Shown piece after piece: positions 56,886 to 64,000 of a stretch of DNA of 64,000 nucleotides. Source of the DNA: Octopus sinensis (lineage: Eukaryota); NCBI RefSeq assembly GCF_006345805.1, contig NC_043007.1:59024001-59088000 (forward strand). Direction: 5' to 3'. The position numbers and the translations under genes were made by a program. Below the pieces are notes generated by a model. It had not been told where the DNA came from. It saw only the letters and a list, made by a program, of their open reading frames with translations, and made no database searches. The first letter of the stretch is position 1. Each line of letters begins with the position of its first letter.

Positions 56886-57720
56886 TACTATCTTCTTGAA
56901 GTTGCTACAATTGAGATGTGTTTCCCCACACTACACTAGACATTTCTGTCCTATATTATCTTTGGCAGAGCCTCAATTTCATGTTGTGTGACTGCTAATA
57001 ACATCAATGTAATCGAATTGTCTACATCCTTTATTGGAGTACAGAAATCTCCATAATAACGAAAACTTACTCCACCGTTGAACAGTAGAGATGGGTGAAA
57101 CGTCCGTAAACCTTCTCTTTCGTTTTGCACTCATACCGTAAGAAGCCTGAACATGCCACAGCTGATACCCCCACCACAGTAAATAGCCATAGACGACACC
57201 TTAACTCGGTAAATAGCCATAACTGACTCCCTAACTTACTAAATAGACATAGTCGGCACCCCTTCTAATCGGCACATGTATAACAGTGTGTTGCAGATGG
57301 AAAAGTCATGATTTCTTTTAGTAAATAAAATACATTTTTCTGCTTTGAAAAGTTAACATTTATTTACATACTTTGGCATTCTTTCGATATAACTCGACAA
57401 AATCAAAACACTTTACTTCGGGTATTTCCGTGGAAGCAAATGACAGTTCGATTCTGCTTGGAAATTTGCAGATTTTACATATACACATGAAACAGGTAAG
57501 AACAAATATGCAACGCTTTTTTTCTTCTAGTTTAAAATAAGACATTGCTGACATAATTTCGTTATATCTATATTCCACAACCCACAGAAATACCCGAAGT
57601 GAAATGTTTTGATTTTGTCGAGTTATATCGAAGGAATGCCCATACTTTAAACATACACATAGATATGTGTTTGTGTGTGTATGTGTATACACATACACGG
57701 GCGCACACATGTGTACATAT

Positions 57721-57761
<41 letters not shown>

Positions 57762-59567
57762 ATCCATACCGGTTTCTGTGTTTGTATGAAATGTATAGAC
57801 AAAGACTTGTCTGTTTGTCTATCTGCATGTACGTATGTATATATGTATGCATACACCTGTCCATTAGCTAACGACAGTTCTATGAACTAAATACTTTGTA
57901 TAGTTTATTTGCACATTTTGTAAACAGCGTTAGTGTACGCACAGGAGAGATGAATCTGTGTGGGTGTATGCCCTAGTTATTTTTAACAATGCCAATAAGA
58001 AGCTTAACTTTTAAAAATATTTATTCATATGGGTCAAGAAGTTCGCTTTCCAGCCACGTGGTACCCGGTTCGATCTTATTACGATTTTGTTTATACATGT
58101 TTACCTTTCAATATGCATAATTTCTATATTGCATGATATTATATTTAGAATCCAAATATTTATATTTAAATAAATAAAATTATTTGTATTTAAATTTGTG
58201 TTTTCTTAATCAAGGATGTATGTGAAACATTCGCGGGGGACGGGGTGAACAATCTATATTTTGTTATGTTTAGTTACAAGGTGACATAGTTAATAAAGAA
58301 AGTTTTGCATTCCTTATCAAGCGGATGTGAATTACGATTTCAAATTTCGTCGAGGTCGAATTTGCCCATCCTTCCGAGGTCGATAAAATAAGTACTAGTT
58401 GAACACTAGTACTTACCCCTTCCCTAAAATTACTGATAGTTATATTTAAGAAATTTATTACTTGCTCAAAATTTTCCTATTTAAGTCAACAATCGTGGAT
58501 AATGTATTTCAATTTCATACGTAATCAATTAAAAAGTTTACTGAAGGACAGGCATGATTGGAATGTCTGATAATGTGTTTGTTCGATCTGAATTGACCTG
58601 GGGGCGGGGTAACCGACAACATACCTTTTAAAATGTTCAAACAGATTCACATAATATAAAAACTGGGGATATATAAGTTAATATATTAAACTCTCAGTCA
58701 CTTTTTTTTTTATCTTTCTTAACTATCTAGCTCTCATAATCAAAAAAAAAAAATCTACATCGACTGATTTACCCCAATTTCTTAGGAATTGAAAGGATCA
58801 GCGATAATTCTCTCTATTTAAATATACGTATGTATATACCTAATAAATAATAACTCATTAACACCAGCCAGACTAAGATTGTGTGTTTTAAATTAATTAG
58901 TCCCCATTAAAAAAAAAAACACTTAAACTAAAATAAACTACTAAACATTTGACGAAAGTGATTACTTTTCGGTTGTACTAGCAAACAAAAAAAAGTGGAA
59001 AATAATAATAATAACAATGCAACAAAGTAAATAAAACCAGAACCGAATCAAAAAGTCAAGATGAGGGTAAGGGTGAAATGTGATGAGTGGAAATGTTAGA
59101 TATTGATCGTTTTAACTTACACTGCATCGTCTCCATTCAAATTGGTAAGGTGGATGACGAGAAAAATAAATAGATGCATCGTTTGCAGGAAAATCCTTGT
59201 CTTCGAACAGTTCCGCCTGTTGCTTGCAATTTCGACGGACTATGTCGTAAAGACGAGAGATCTGTTTATTACTTTTACCAGACATGTATGTGTCTTCTTT
59301 AGACATATTTAAATTATTGTTTGTATAACTAATAGTCTCCTCATGACTGGTGCCGTTCGTCACAGTTGTTTTAGAAGTAAAAGCGATGTTACTGGCAAAA
59401 TTTCGAGCTTTAAGTTTTGTTGGTAAAGGTGAGGAAATTCCAGAGTCCAGCTGTTGTGACGATATCGAATTCCGTTGCTTGGCGGGGAATTCGTTATTTT
59501 GCTGCGATCTATATGGCTGGGGTGTGAAGACAGCTTCTCTTCTGAGAAACTGATTCCCAGAATTCAT
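15777..59567 (-). CDS. Classical calpain-family gene (CysPc + C2-like + penta-EF-hand), 18 coding exons, 776 aa, catalytic Cys replaced by Ser
   Basis: Manual splicing of 18 exons (447,82,262,181,84,101,78,158,161,212,106,58,59,69,79,117,53,24 nt; total 2331) gives one open frame. It contains the calpain motifs [81 protein letters not shown] and EF-hand loops. An in-frame TAA lies 10 codons upstream of the ATG. Confidence 0.95.
16070..16150. repeat. (TG)n(TA)n microsatellite
   Basis: Direct reading. Confidence 0.95.
16352..16408. repeat. (TA)n microsatellite inside a SINE
   Basis: Direct reading. Confidence 0.95.
17960..18012 (-). CDS. Calpain exon 17 ([18 protein letters not shown]); EF5
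   Basis: Acceptor tctttctttcag, donor AAA|gtaagt; 53 nt; phase 1 to 0. Confidence 0.9.
19471..19587 (-). CDS. Calpain exon 16 ([38 protein letters not shown]); EF4
   Basis: Acceptor ttcctttatgtgacag, donor A|gtaagt; 117 nt; inside ORF 19352..19594. Confidence 0.93.
22250..22835 (-). mobile_element. CR1/L2-like LINE 3' fragment
   Basis: ORF 22616..22813 ([24 protein letters not shown], compare LVRPHLEY...VW.P....D...LE) and GHPYKI...WNKL in ORF 22164..22532. Confidence 0.7.
23002..23080 (-). CDS. Calpain exon 15 ([27 protein letters not shown]); EF3
   Basis: Acceptor ttctattaccag, donor G|gtaagt; 79 nt; canonical DxNxTG...E loop. Confidence 0.95.
24216..24284 (-). CDS. Calpain exon 14 ([23 protein letters not shown]); EF2 loop
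   Basis: U12 branch site TCCTTAAC then tttttttctcag acceptor; donor CGG|gtaaat; 69 nt. Confidence 0.95.
24285..26252 (-). other. U12-type (minor spliceosome, GT-AG subtype) intron 13 of the calpain gene
   Basis: 5' splice site GTATCCTTT (26252-26244); branch site TCCTTAAC (24304-24297) ending 12 nt before the exon; both match the U12 consensus. Confidence 0.93.
24395..25610 (+). mobile_element. 5'-truncated RTE-clade (BovB-like) LINE, reverse transcriptase remnant, inside the U12 intron
   Basis: ORF 24399..24848 with [17 protein letters not shown] and FLFADDCA (RT domain 5); frameshifted continuation. Confidence 0.85.
26253..26311 (-). CDS. Calpain exon 13 ([19 protein letters not shown])
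   Basis: Acceptor tatttcag, donor GAT|gtatcctttc (U12 type); 59 nt; homologous to calpain F.LDTCRSMV.LMD. Confidence 0.93.
26848..26905 (-). CDS. Calpain exon 12 ([20 protein letters not shown]); EF1
   Basis: Acceptor tgtttacag, donor G|gttagt; 58 nt; DMEI...EL..IL motif. Confidence 0.93.
27075..28348 (-). mobile_element. Full-length decayed mariner (Tc1/mariner) DNA transposon, 1274 bp
   Basis: 28-bp TIRs, 24/28 identical (tcaggctgaataaaaagtaagcaacgtt vs tcaggttgagtaaaaagtaaacaatgtt); TA on both flanks; transposase remnant [15 protein letters not shown] (the YSPDLAPxD motif) in ORF 27211..27399; frame disrupted. Confidence 0.92.
29012..29216. mobile_element. About 200-bp TTAA-flanked MITE (piggyBac-like termini TTAA|CCCTTTAGCATT...AATGCTAAAGGG|TTAA); representative copy
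   Basis: TIRs and TTAA at both ends; related copies near 7176-7740 (split by a SINE), 8500-8710, 21700-21857, 41860-42086, 42650-42828, 51515-51690 and 54408-54620. Confidence 0.8.
29330..29435 (-). CDS. Calpain exon 11 ([35 protein letters not shown]); linker and start of EF1
   Basis: Acceptor ttttctatccatctag, donor GAG|gtatgc; 106 nt; phases fit both neighbours; F...F....GE motif. Confidence 0.88.
30316..30527 (-). CDS. Calpain exon 10 ([15 protein letters not shown]...[11 protein letters not shown]...[11 protein letters not shown]); C2-like domain
   Basis: Acceptor tttttgtcag, donor GA|gtaag; 212 nt; ORF 30312..30503. Confidence 0.95.
32157..32317 (-). CDS. Calpain exon 9 ([23 protein letters not shown]...IGFVIYK); C2-like domain with acidic loop
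   Basis: Acceptor ttttgcag, donor AAG|gtttgt; 161 nt; NPQY and IGF.IY motifs. Confidence 0.95.
32649..32806 (-). CDS. Calpain exon 8 ([10 protein letters not shown]...[11 protein letters not shown]); end of the protease core and start of the C2-like domain
   Basis: Acceptor ...ttcag, donor A|gtaagt; 158 nt; ORF 32551..32805. Confidence 0.95.
34405..34842. mobile_element. Nested pair of the TTAA-MITE (inner copy 34471-34684 in opposite orientation)
   Basis: Outer termini at 34405 and 34842; the inner copy is bounded by TTAA at 34471 and 34681, duplicating an internal TTAA of the outer copy. Confidence 0.8.
35379..35456 (-). CDS. Calpain exon 7 ([26 protein letters not shown])
   Basis: Acceptor ttctgtag, donor TG|gtatgt; 78 nt, phase 2/2; DDGEFW motif. 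Confidence 0.95.
35635..35735 (-). CDS. Calpain exon 6 ([33 protein letters not shown]); catalytic Asn codon AAC at 35681-35679
   Basis: Acceptor ttttccattgcag, donor AG|gtaatc; 101 nt; RIRNPWG motif. Confidence 0.96.
36599..36682 (-). CDS. Calpain exon 5 ([28 protein letters not shown]); catalytic His codon CAT at 36628-36626
   Basis: Acceptor tctttcag, donor CAG|gtaat; 84 nt, phase 0/0; GL..GH.Y motif. Confidence 0.95.
38131..38420 (+). mobile_element. tRNA-derived SINE family B
   Basis: Head tggcctagtggttagggtgttgcactc...cttgagcaaaa; related copies at about 35868-36150 and 62188-62485. Confidence 0.7.
38729..38909 (-). CDS. Calpain exon 4 ([23 protein letters not shown]...VACGIN)
   Basis: Acceptor ...cactaaag (AAG), donor AAT|gtaagt; 181 nt; ORF 38603..38908; YG.YE.L and DLTGG motifs. 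Confidence 0.95.
41303..42313 (+). repeat. Local direct duplication of about 125-130 bp (41303-41433 and 42190-42313)
   Basis: Shared gacag.tttatataacatg.catgt.tctccaagtgttctggttttta...catgaactgagcctgaaagattgc...cagacccaaggtggggcctgaggggt. Confidence 0.85.
42443..42515 (+). pseudogene. tRNA-Glu(TTC) pseudogene
   Basis: tagtggttaggattcctgg-cttttcac-ccagg-tggcccgggttcaattcccagcacgggaa matches the metazoan tRNA-Glu pattern. It has an 8-nt anticodon loop (one extra T), a 5' acceptor strand that does not pair with CACGGGA, and a T5 run at 42522-42526. Confidence 0.75.
43995..44256 (-). CDS. Calpain exon 3 ([12 protein letters not shown]...[13 protein letters not shown]); contains the nucleophile position
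   Basis: Acceptor ttttttcaaatgcag, donor AA|gtaag; 262 nt; overlaps ORF 43991..44242. Confidence 0.97.
45092..45173 (-). CDS. Calpain exon 2 ([28 protein letters not shown])
   Basis: Acceptor tttttag, donor G|gtgagt; 82 nt, phase 0 to 1; matches the calpain P.F.V.G....D..QG.LG motif. Confidence 0.95.
45792..45850. repeat. (TA)n(CA)n microsatellite
   Basis: Direct reading. Confidence 0.95.
45925..47080 (+). mobile_element. Older degenerate RTE LINE, tail-to-tail with the 47085-48760 copy
   Basis: Degenerate similarity to the same RT/3' region (e.g. catggtagtgaaatgtgagcc, gaaagaaagctagcatgctc). Confidence 0.7.
47085..48760 (-). mobile_element. RTE-clade LINE, RT C-terminal region plus 3' UTR and (ATG)n tail
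   Basis: ORFs with [55 protein letters not shown] and [10 protein letters not shown]. Confidence 0.9.
49150..49865 (-). mobile_element. Three adjacent copies of SINE family C (conserved central motif GCCTTTCATCCTTTCGGGGTCGATAAAATAAGTACC)
   Basis: Repeated block ggatgaaaggcaaag...ggaatttgaactcag; further copies near 917-1150, 17560-17745, 34975-35155, 38490-38605, 41050-41230 and 58270-58425. Confidence 0.7.
51201..51268. repeat. (GA)n microsatellite
   Basis: Direct reading. Confidence 0.95.
52437..53075 (-). mobile_element. RTE LINE 3' end
   Basis: Same 3' UTR and tail as the other RTE copies. Confidence 0.85.
53460..54150 (+). mobile_element. RTE LINE 3' end, inverted relative to 52437-53075
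   Basis: C-terminal peptide [18 protein letters not shown] plus 3' UTR ending atgatgatgat. Confidence 0.85.
54690..56450 (-). mobile_element. Degenerate RTE LINE body
   Basis: Remnants such as [12 protein letters not shown] (ORF 55525..55710) and similarity to the 47-48 kb copy. Confidence 0.65.
57180..57270. repeat. Three 30-bp-period units sharing TAAATAG(C/A)CATA
   Basis: Motif starts at 57180, 57210 and 57240. Confidence 0.75.
57375..57640. mobile_element. MITE with 59-bp TIRs, GG...CC termini and an 8-bp TSD (Merlin- or Mutator-like)
   Basis: Arms 57375-57433 and 57582-57640 are 55/59 complementary; perfect direct repeat CATACTTT at 57367-57374 and 57641-57648. Confidence 0.85.
59121..59567 (-). 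CDS. Calpain coding exon 1: N-terminal extension and start of the protease core (MNSGNQF...[29 protein letters not shown])
   Basis: ORF track 59112..59567; ATG preceded by ACA; donor AGT|gtaagt at 59120; phase 0. Confidence 0.9.
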
Positions 59568-59640
59568 TGTAGGAACCAGATTTCTTTTATATCTTTATTT
59601 ATTTGCTTTTTTTTCTCTTTCAGTCAGGCAGGATGCTGTG

Positions 59641-59710
59641 TTAGGTGAGCTTCCACACATGTTTGATGTTGCCGTTAAGTTCATCACACGTGCAGGTACC
59701 CGCCATATTG
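59641..59710 (-). promoter_or_regulatory. YY1-like motif CAATATGGCG overlapping the ATG of a 21-codon upstream ORF in the presumed calpain 5' leader
   Basis: Motif at 59710-59701; uORF ATG at 59706 to TAA at 59641 (MAGTCTCDELNGNIKHVWKLT). The TSS is not directly visible. Confidence 0.4.
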
Positions 59711-60736
59711 GCAGCTCAACGAGTTGAGCCAAAAATAAATAAAAGAAAAAAATGTTTAAAGCGGTAGACAGGGAAAGCGAGGTATGCAAAACAGCAAGGT
59801 TAAGCCTACCTATTTAATGTCATATAATCCTCAATGCATATACAACACTAAAGCTATTTGCTACTTACGCATTTTACTGTGTTATCTATATACTATCAAT
59901 AGACTTTACTTTCACTTAAAAGGGTAAAAATCCATGAATTCATATTACAACGTGCAAGTTACTATTTTTTTTTATTTGATGATCTAATATCAGTTTCTAT
60001 TTAATAAGTGTGTTAGTGTACTTGTAAATGTCTAAGTACTAATGTGTGTGTGTGTGTGCATGCGTGCATATGTTTGTGTAAAGTGGGCGGGTGGGTGTGT
60101 CCTTACCCTTATGTTCTACCCCTCCAAAGTTAGAATTATTGATCATTCCATCATTTTAAAGTGTTCTATTATTAAAAAGTATAGCTGTTCGTTCAAAACA
60201 GAAAGCACTGTACACTGTTATATCAAGATTGGGAAAAGTTGGAACACGTCATTTGTCAAAGAAAAATGCTGTGATGAAATGCCCATAGATGGCATGCTTT
60301 GATTAATGTCATTGTGAACTTATGTCTCCTCACGCAAGTGTAAACAAAAACTTTACATGTGATATTTTAGCTTTCACCTGTTTTTTTTTTATAGCGCGCG
60401 CACGCGCACACACTTGCGCGCGTGAGCGCACACACACACACCTACACATCTATAAATACAAACACATACACATATATTATGTATGTGAGTCGGGAGGGAG
60501 AAAGAAAGAAATGTGTAGATGCATAAGAATATCTCCTTGTTTAACATTTTCAATTTTCTAGACGGATAAACTACTCTGAAGAATTTGCAGAGAAATATAT
60601 AATAAAAATTACATCTGCTTCTCTGTTAATAGAGCATTAACCCTTACTTTATTACTTGAATATACTTTACTGCTCTATACTTTAGGTGCTCCGTTTTTGG
60701 ATATATGATACATTGGCAATGTGTGTGTGTCGATAA

Positions 60737-60740
<4 letters not shown>

Positions 60741-60797
<57 letters not shown>
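60741..60797. repeat. (TA)n microsatellite
   Basis: Direct reading. Confidence 0.95.
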
Positions 60798-60800
<3 letters not shown>

Positions 60801-60866
60801 GGTCCCGGGTTGATTCGGGGTTAACCACAGTAAATAAGGTACTCAATACATAGCAGAGTAAAATTA

Positions 60867-60994
60867 ATTTATTATATAGAAGGAGCTTCTACAGGACTAG
60901 AACTGTTTCATTCAAGAGAAATCTTCAGGAAGCTGAAGATTTCTCTTGAATGAAACAGTTCTAGTCCTGTAGAAGCTCCTTCTATATAATAAAT
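60867..60994. repeat. Perfect inverted repeat (62-bp arms, 4-nt loop GAAG); probably the end of a Penelope-like element inserted in (TA)n
   Basis: Arms 60867-60928 and 60933-60994 are exact reverse complements, checked base by base; flanked on both sides by (TA)n tracts. Confidence 0.9.
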
Positions 60995-62505
60995 ATATAT
61001 ATATATATATATATGTATATTTATATATGTTTGTGTATAGGCATGGCTACCCATTCACATAGTTCCAAGTTCAGTTCGACTGCAAGGCACCTTGGGCAAG
61101 TGTCTTCTATATCCATGGGCTAACTAAAGCCTTGTGAGTGGATTTGGTTGATGGAAACTGAAATCATCATCATCATCATCACTATCATTATTGTTTAACA
61201 TCTGCTTTCCATACAGCTATGGGTTAGACAGTTTGACTGAGGACTGGCAAGCCAGGAGCCTGCACCATGCTCCAATCTGATCTGGCAATGTTTCTACTGC
61301 TGGTTGCTCTTCCTACACTCCAAGAGTGTAGTGGGTGCTTTTTACATGCCACCGCCGGTAGGGGGTGGGGGGCAGTCAGGTGGCACTGGCATCAATCACG
61401 CTTGAATGGTGCTTTTTACATGCCACCAGCATGGGAGCCAGTCAGGCAGCACTGACTCAACAGATCTTCTCAAGCACAGCATATTGCCCCACGATTGAAG
61501 GGTACTTTTAAACGAGTCGGTTAAACTAAAAGAAGTCCATCATATATATAAATGTATGTGTGTGTGTCTTTGTGTTTGTGCTTGTTCCCCATCATCACTG
61601 ATTGAATAAGTCCCAGGCTGCTTAAAAAAATAAGTACTGGGTTTCATTTGTTTGACTAAAATTTCTTCAAGGTAGTGCCCCAGTATGGCCATAGTCTAAT
61701 AACTAAAACAAGTAAAAGATAAAAGATGTGTACGTGTGTGTAGCAGTCCATCTCCATTGTGTGTGTATGTGTGTGTGTGAGTATTTTCATTCTTGTTGGA
61801 TTTCATCTGTCTATGATAGCTTTTTTTCAATTTGGCTGCAATCATTCTCTCTACCTCCATCCCCAGGATGGCCCAATAGTTTAGCTGAGCTTAACACATT
61901 CAGTTAGCAAGTGCAAGAGATAACTCCTGAAATGCTTCAAAAGGTGTTTCATAACATTAAGGATGCATTTGAAATTTGCAGGGATACAGACGGAGCACAT
62001 GTTGAAAATTTTCAATAAAGTTTTGATGTAAGACTCATAAATCTATTTGTTTTGGTATCATAATTAAGTAATAAACATAAAATTCTGTCAGCCTTTTTTT
62101 TTTAAATGTGCCTTATTGAAATAAATAGTTAATTCTGGGACACCATGTACATAATAATAACCTGGTATTAGAACTCAGTGAAAGCGTATGGCCTAGTGGT
62201 TAGGGTATTCAGCTCATGGTTGTAGGGTTGTCAGCTTGATTCCTGGTGATGCATTGTGTCCTTGAGCAAAACACTATATTTCATGTTGCTCCACTCAACT
62301 GGAAAAAATGAGTAGTATCTGTATTTCAAAGGGCCCACCTTGTCACATTCTGTGTCGCATTAAATCTCCCTGAGAACTACGTTAAGGTTATGCTAATCTG
62401 TGGAGTGCATGTTAATTTCACAAACAGGCTGCTCTGTTGATCAAATCAACTTGGACCCTCAACGTCGTAACCAACTGAGTGCCAGTATTAGAACTCAATA
62501 TACAT

Positions 62506-62671
62506 AGGTGTAGGAGTGGTTGTGTGGTAAGTAGTTTGCTTACCAACCACATGGTTCTGGGTTCAGTCCCACTGCGTGGATCCTTGGGCAAGTGTCTTCT
62601 ACTATAGCCTCAGGCTGACCAAAGTCTTGTGAGCGGATTTGGTAGACGGAAACTGAAAGAAGGGCGTCGTA

Positions 62672-62726
<55 letters not shown>

Positions 62727-62995
62727 CCCATGTATATATATATATATAAATATATATATATGTGTGTGTGTGTGTGTATATGTTTCTGTGTCTGTGTTTG
62801 TCCCCCAACATCGCTTGACAACCGATGCTGGTGTGTTTACATCCCCATAACTTAGTGGTTCAGCAAAAGAAACTGATAGAATAAGTACTAGGCTTACAAA
62901 AAATAAGTCCTGGGGTTGATTTGCTCGACTAAAATGGCGGCACTCCAGCATGGCCAAAGTCAAATGACTGAAACAAGTAAAAGAGTAAAAGAGTA
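62506..62995 (+). mobile_element. tRNA-derived SINE family A with CORE-like segment and internal (TA/TG)n; best-preserved copy
   Basis: A/B-box-like head (gtggtaag...gggttcagtccc), CORE-like ccttgggcaagtgtctt, tail gaaacaagtaaaagagtaaaagagta. Other copies at about 3070-3455(+), 6760-7090(+), 7308-7642(-), 7749-8135(-), 16160-16540(-), 16770-16990(+), 28392-28800(+), 29780-30175(+), 49985-50392(-) and 50510-50855(-). Confidence 0.85.
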
Positions 62996-63450
62996 TTTTC
63001 AGGTTAGTGTTTATTGTAATTTTTAGATTACATTGTCTAAATATACTAATTAACATTTTTAAAAATTTGTCTATGTTGTGTTTGTTCATATAATTGAATA
63101 TGGCAAGTCATCATCTTCTATAATTTCATAATATAAATAGGTAAATGAACTCTGATATTGTCATATCATCATTGCTAATCAGAGAGACACCCAAAAGCTC
63201 ATTTCCATGTTTCTTAACCCAGAAGAAATTATCATGAAATGAATATAATTCACCTGGATTTCTGGTTATATTGATGTTGGTAATTAAGGTAAGCATTTTA
63301 CCAAACTGTAGAGCTTTCAGAAGACTTCTGCAGTTGGCTAGGTATCAAACTGAATGAATCCTATTTTGTCTTCAATATTATAAAACCTTTCTCAGTCATA
63401 CTACTACAATTCCATAGTTTTATGTTGATTACTAATGTAATTTTTGTATT

Positions 63451-64000
63451 TCCTCATCCATTCTTGCCACATGCCCATACCAGTGCAGTTGTCTCTCTTG
63501 CACACCACATCTGATGCTTCTTAGTTGGACCTAAGAAGCATCAGATGTAGTGTGCAAAAGAGACGACTGCACTCGTATGGGCATGTGGCGAGAATGGATC
63601 AGGATAGCTGTGGGGAAAAGTGCCACACCCTAGCAGTTGAAGGAACCTATGGAAGAGGTAGACCCAGGAAGACCTGGGATGAGGTGGTGAAGCATGACTT
63701 TCGAACATTAGGCCTCACCAAGGGAATGACTAATGACCGAGACCTTTGGAAATATGCAGTGCATGAGAAGACCCGGCAAGCTAAGTGAAACCATAACCCG
63801 TGGCCTATGCCAGGGGTGTAACCAGCCCACTTATGCATACCTTTCCTTCATTGGACTCTAAACTCTGCTTGTGAAGACCTGTTGAGGTAAGTGAAATCGA
63901 ATCAAATCAAATTCACAAATTCGATGACTGGCACCCATGCCAGTGCACCATCCAAGTGTGATTGCTGCCAAAGCAGTTGCCTGGCTTCTGTGCTGGTGGC
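63451..64000 (+). mobile_element. RTE LINE 3' region with a fold-back inverted duplication at its 5' end; runs off the window
   Basis: ORF 63525..63788 ([23 protein letters not shown]); inverted arms 63451-63524 and 63531-63604. Confidence 0.85.

Noticed and set aside
57180-57270. CRISPR-like repeat-spacer appearance
   Set aside because: Eukaryotic intron, only three 12-bp repeats with related short spacers, no cas genes
59581-59650. Strong plus-strand acceptor plus gtgagc donor suggesting an antisense micro-exon
   Set aside because: More simply explained as the reverse complement of the A-rich calpain 5' leader; no supporting plus-strand exons

Overview
AT-rich eukaryotic genomic DNA. The SINE/RTE-LINE/microsatellite repertoire suggests an Octopus (coleoid cephalopod) genome; this is an inference. 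The window contains one complete protein-coding gene, reconstructed by hand on the minus strand: an 18-coding-exon classical calpain-family gene (CDS 59567 to 15777, 2331 nt, 776 aa plus stop). All exon phases join without a frameshift and all introns are GT-AG. Domain order is a Ser/Asn/Thr-rich N-terminal extension, CysPc protease core, C2-like domain and penta-EF-hand domain. Main surprise: the catalytic Cys is encoded as Ser (QQGQLGD-S-W, codon AGC at 44251-44249) while catalytic His and Asn are intact, so this looks like a natural Ca2+-binding pseudo-calpain. Intron 13 is a U12 (minor-spliceosome) intron with GTATCCTTT 5' site and TCCTTAAC branch site. About 1.3 kb upstream of the start codon lies a perfect 62-bp-arm palindrome carrying a hammerhead/Penelope-like core. 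The rest is transposon-derived: a full-length decayed mariner, a non-autonomous Helitron, TTAA-targeting MITEs (one nested), an 8-bp-TSD MITE, RTE, BovB-like and CR1-like LINE fragments, three SINE families, a tRNA-Glu pseudogene and many microsatellites. Repeat boundaries are approximate unless termini are quoted; family names are from motif recognition, not database searches.
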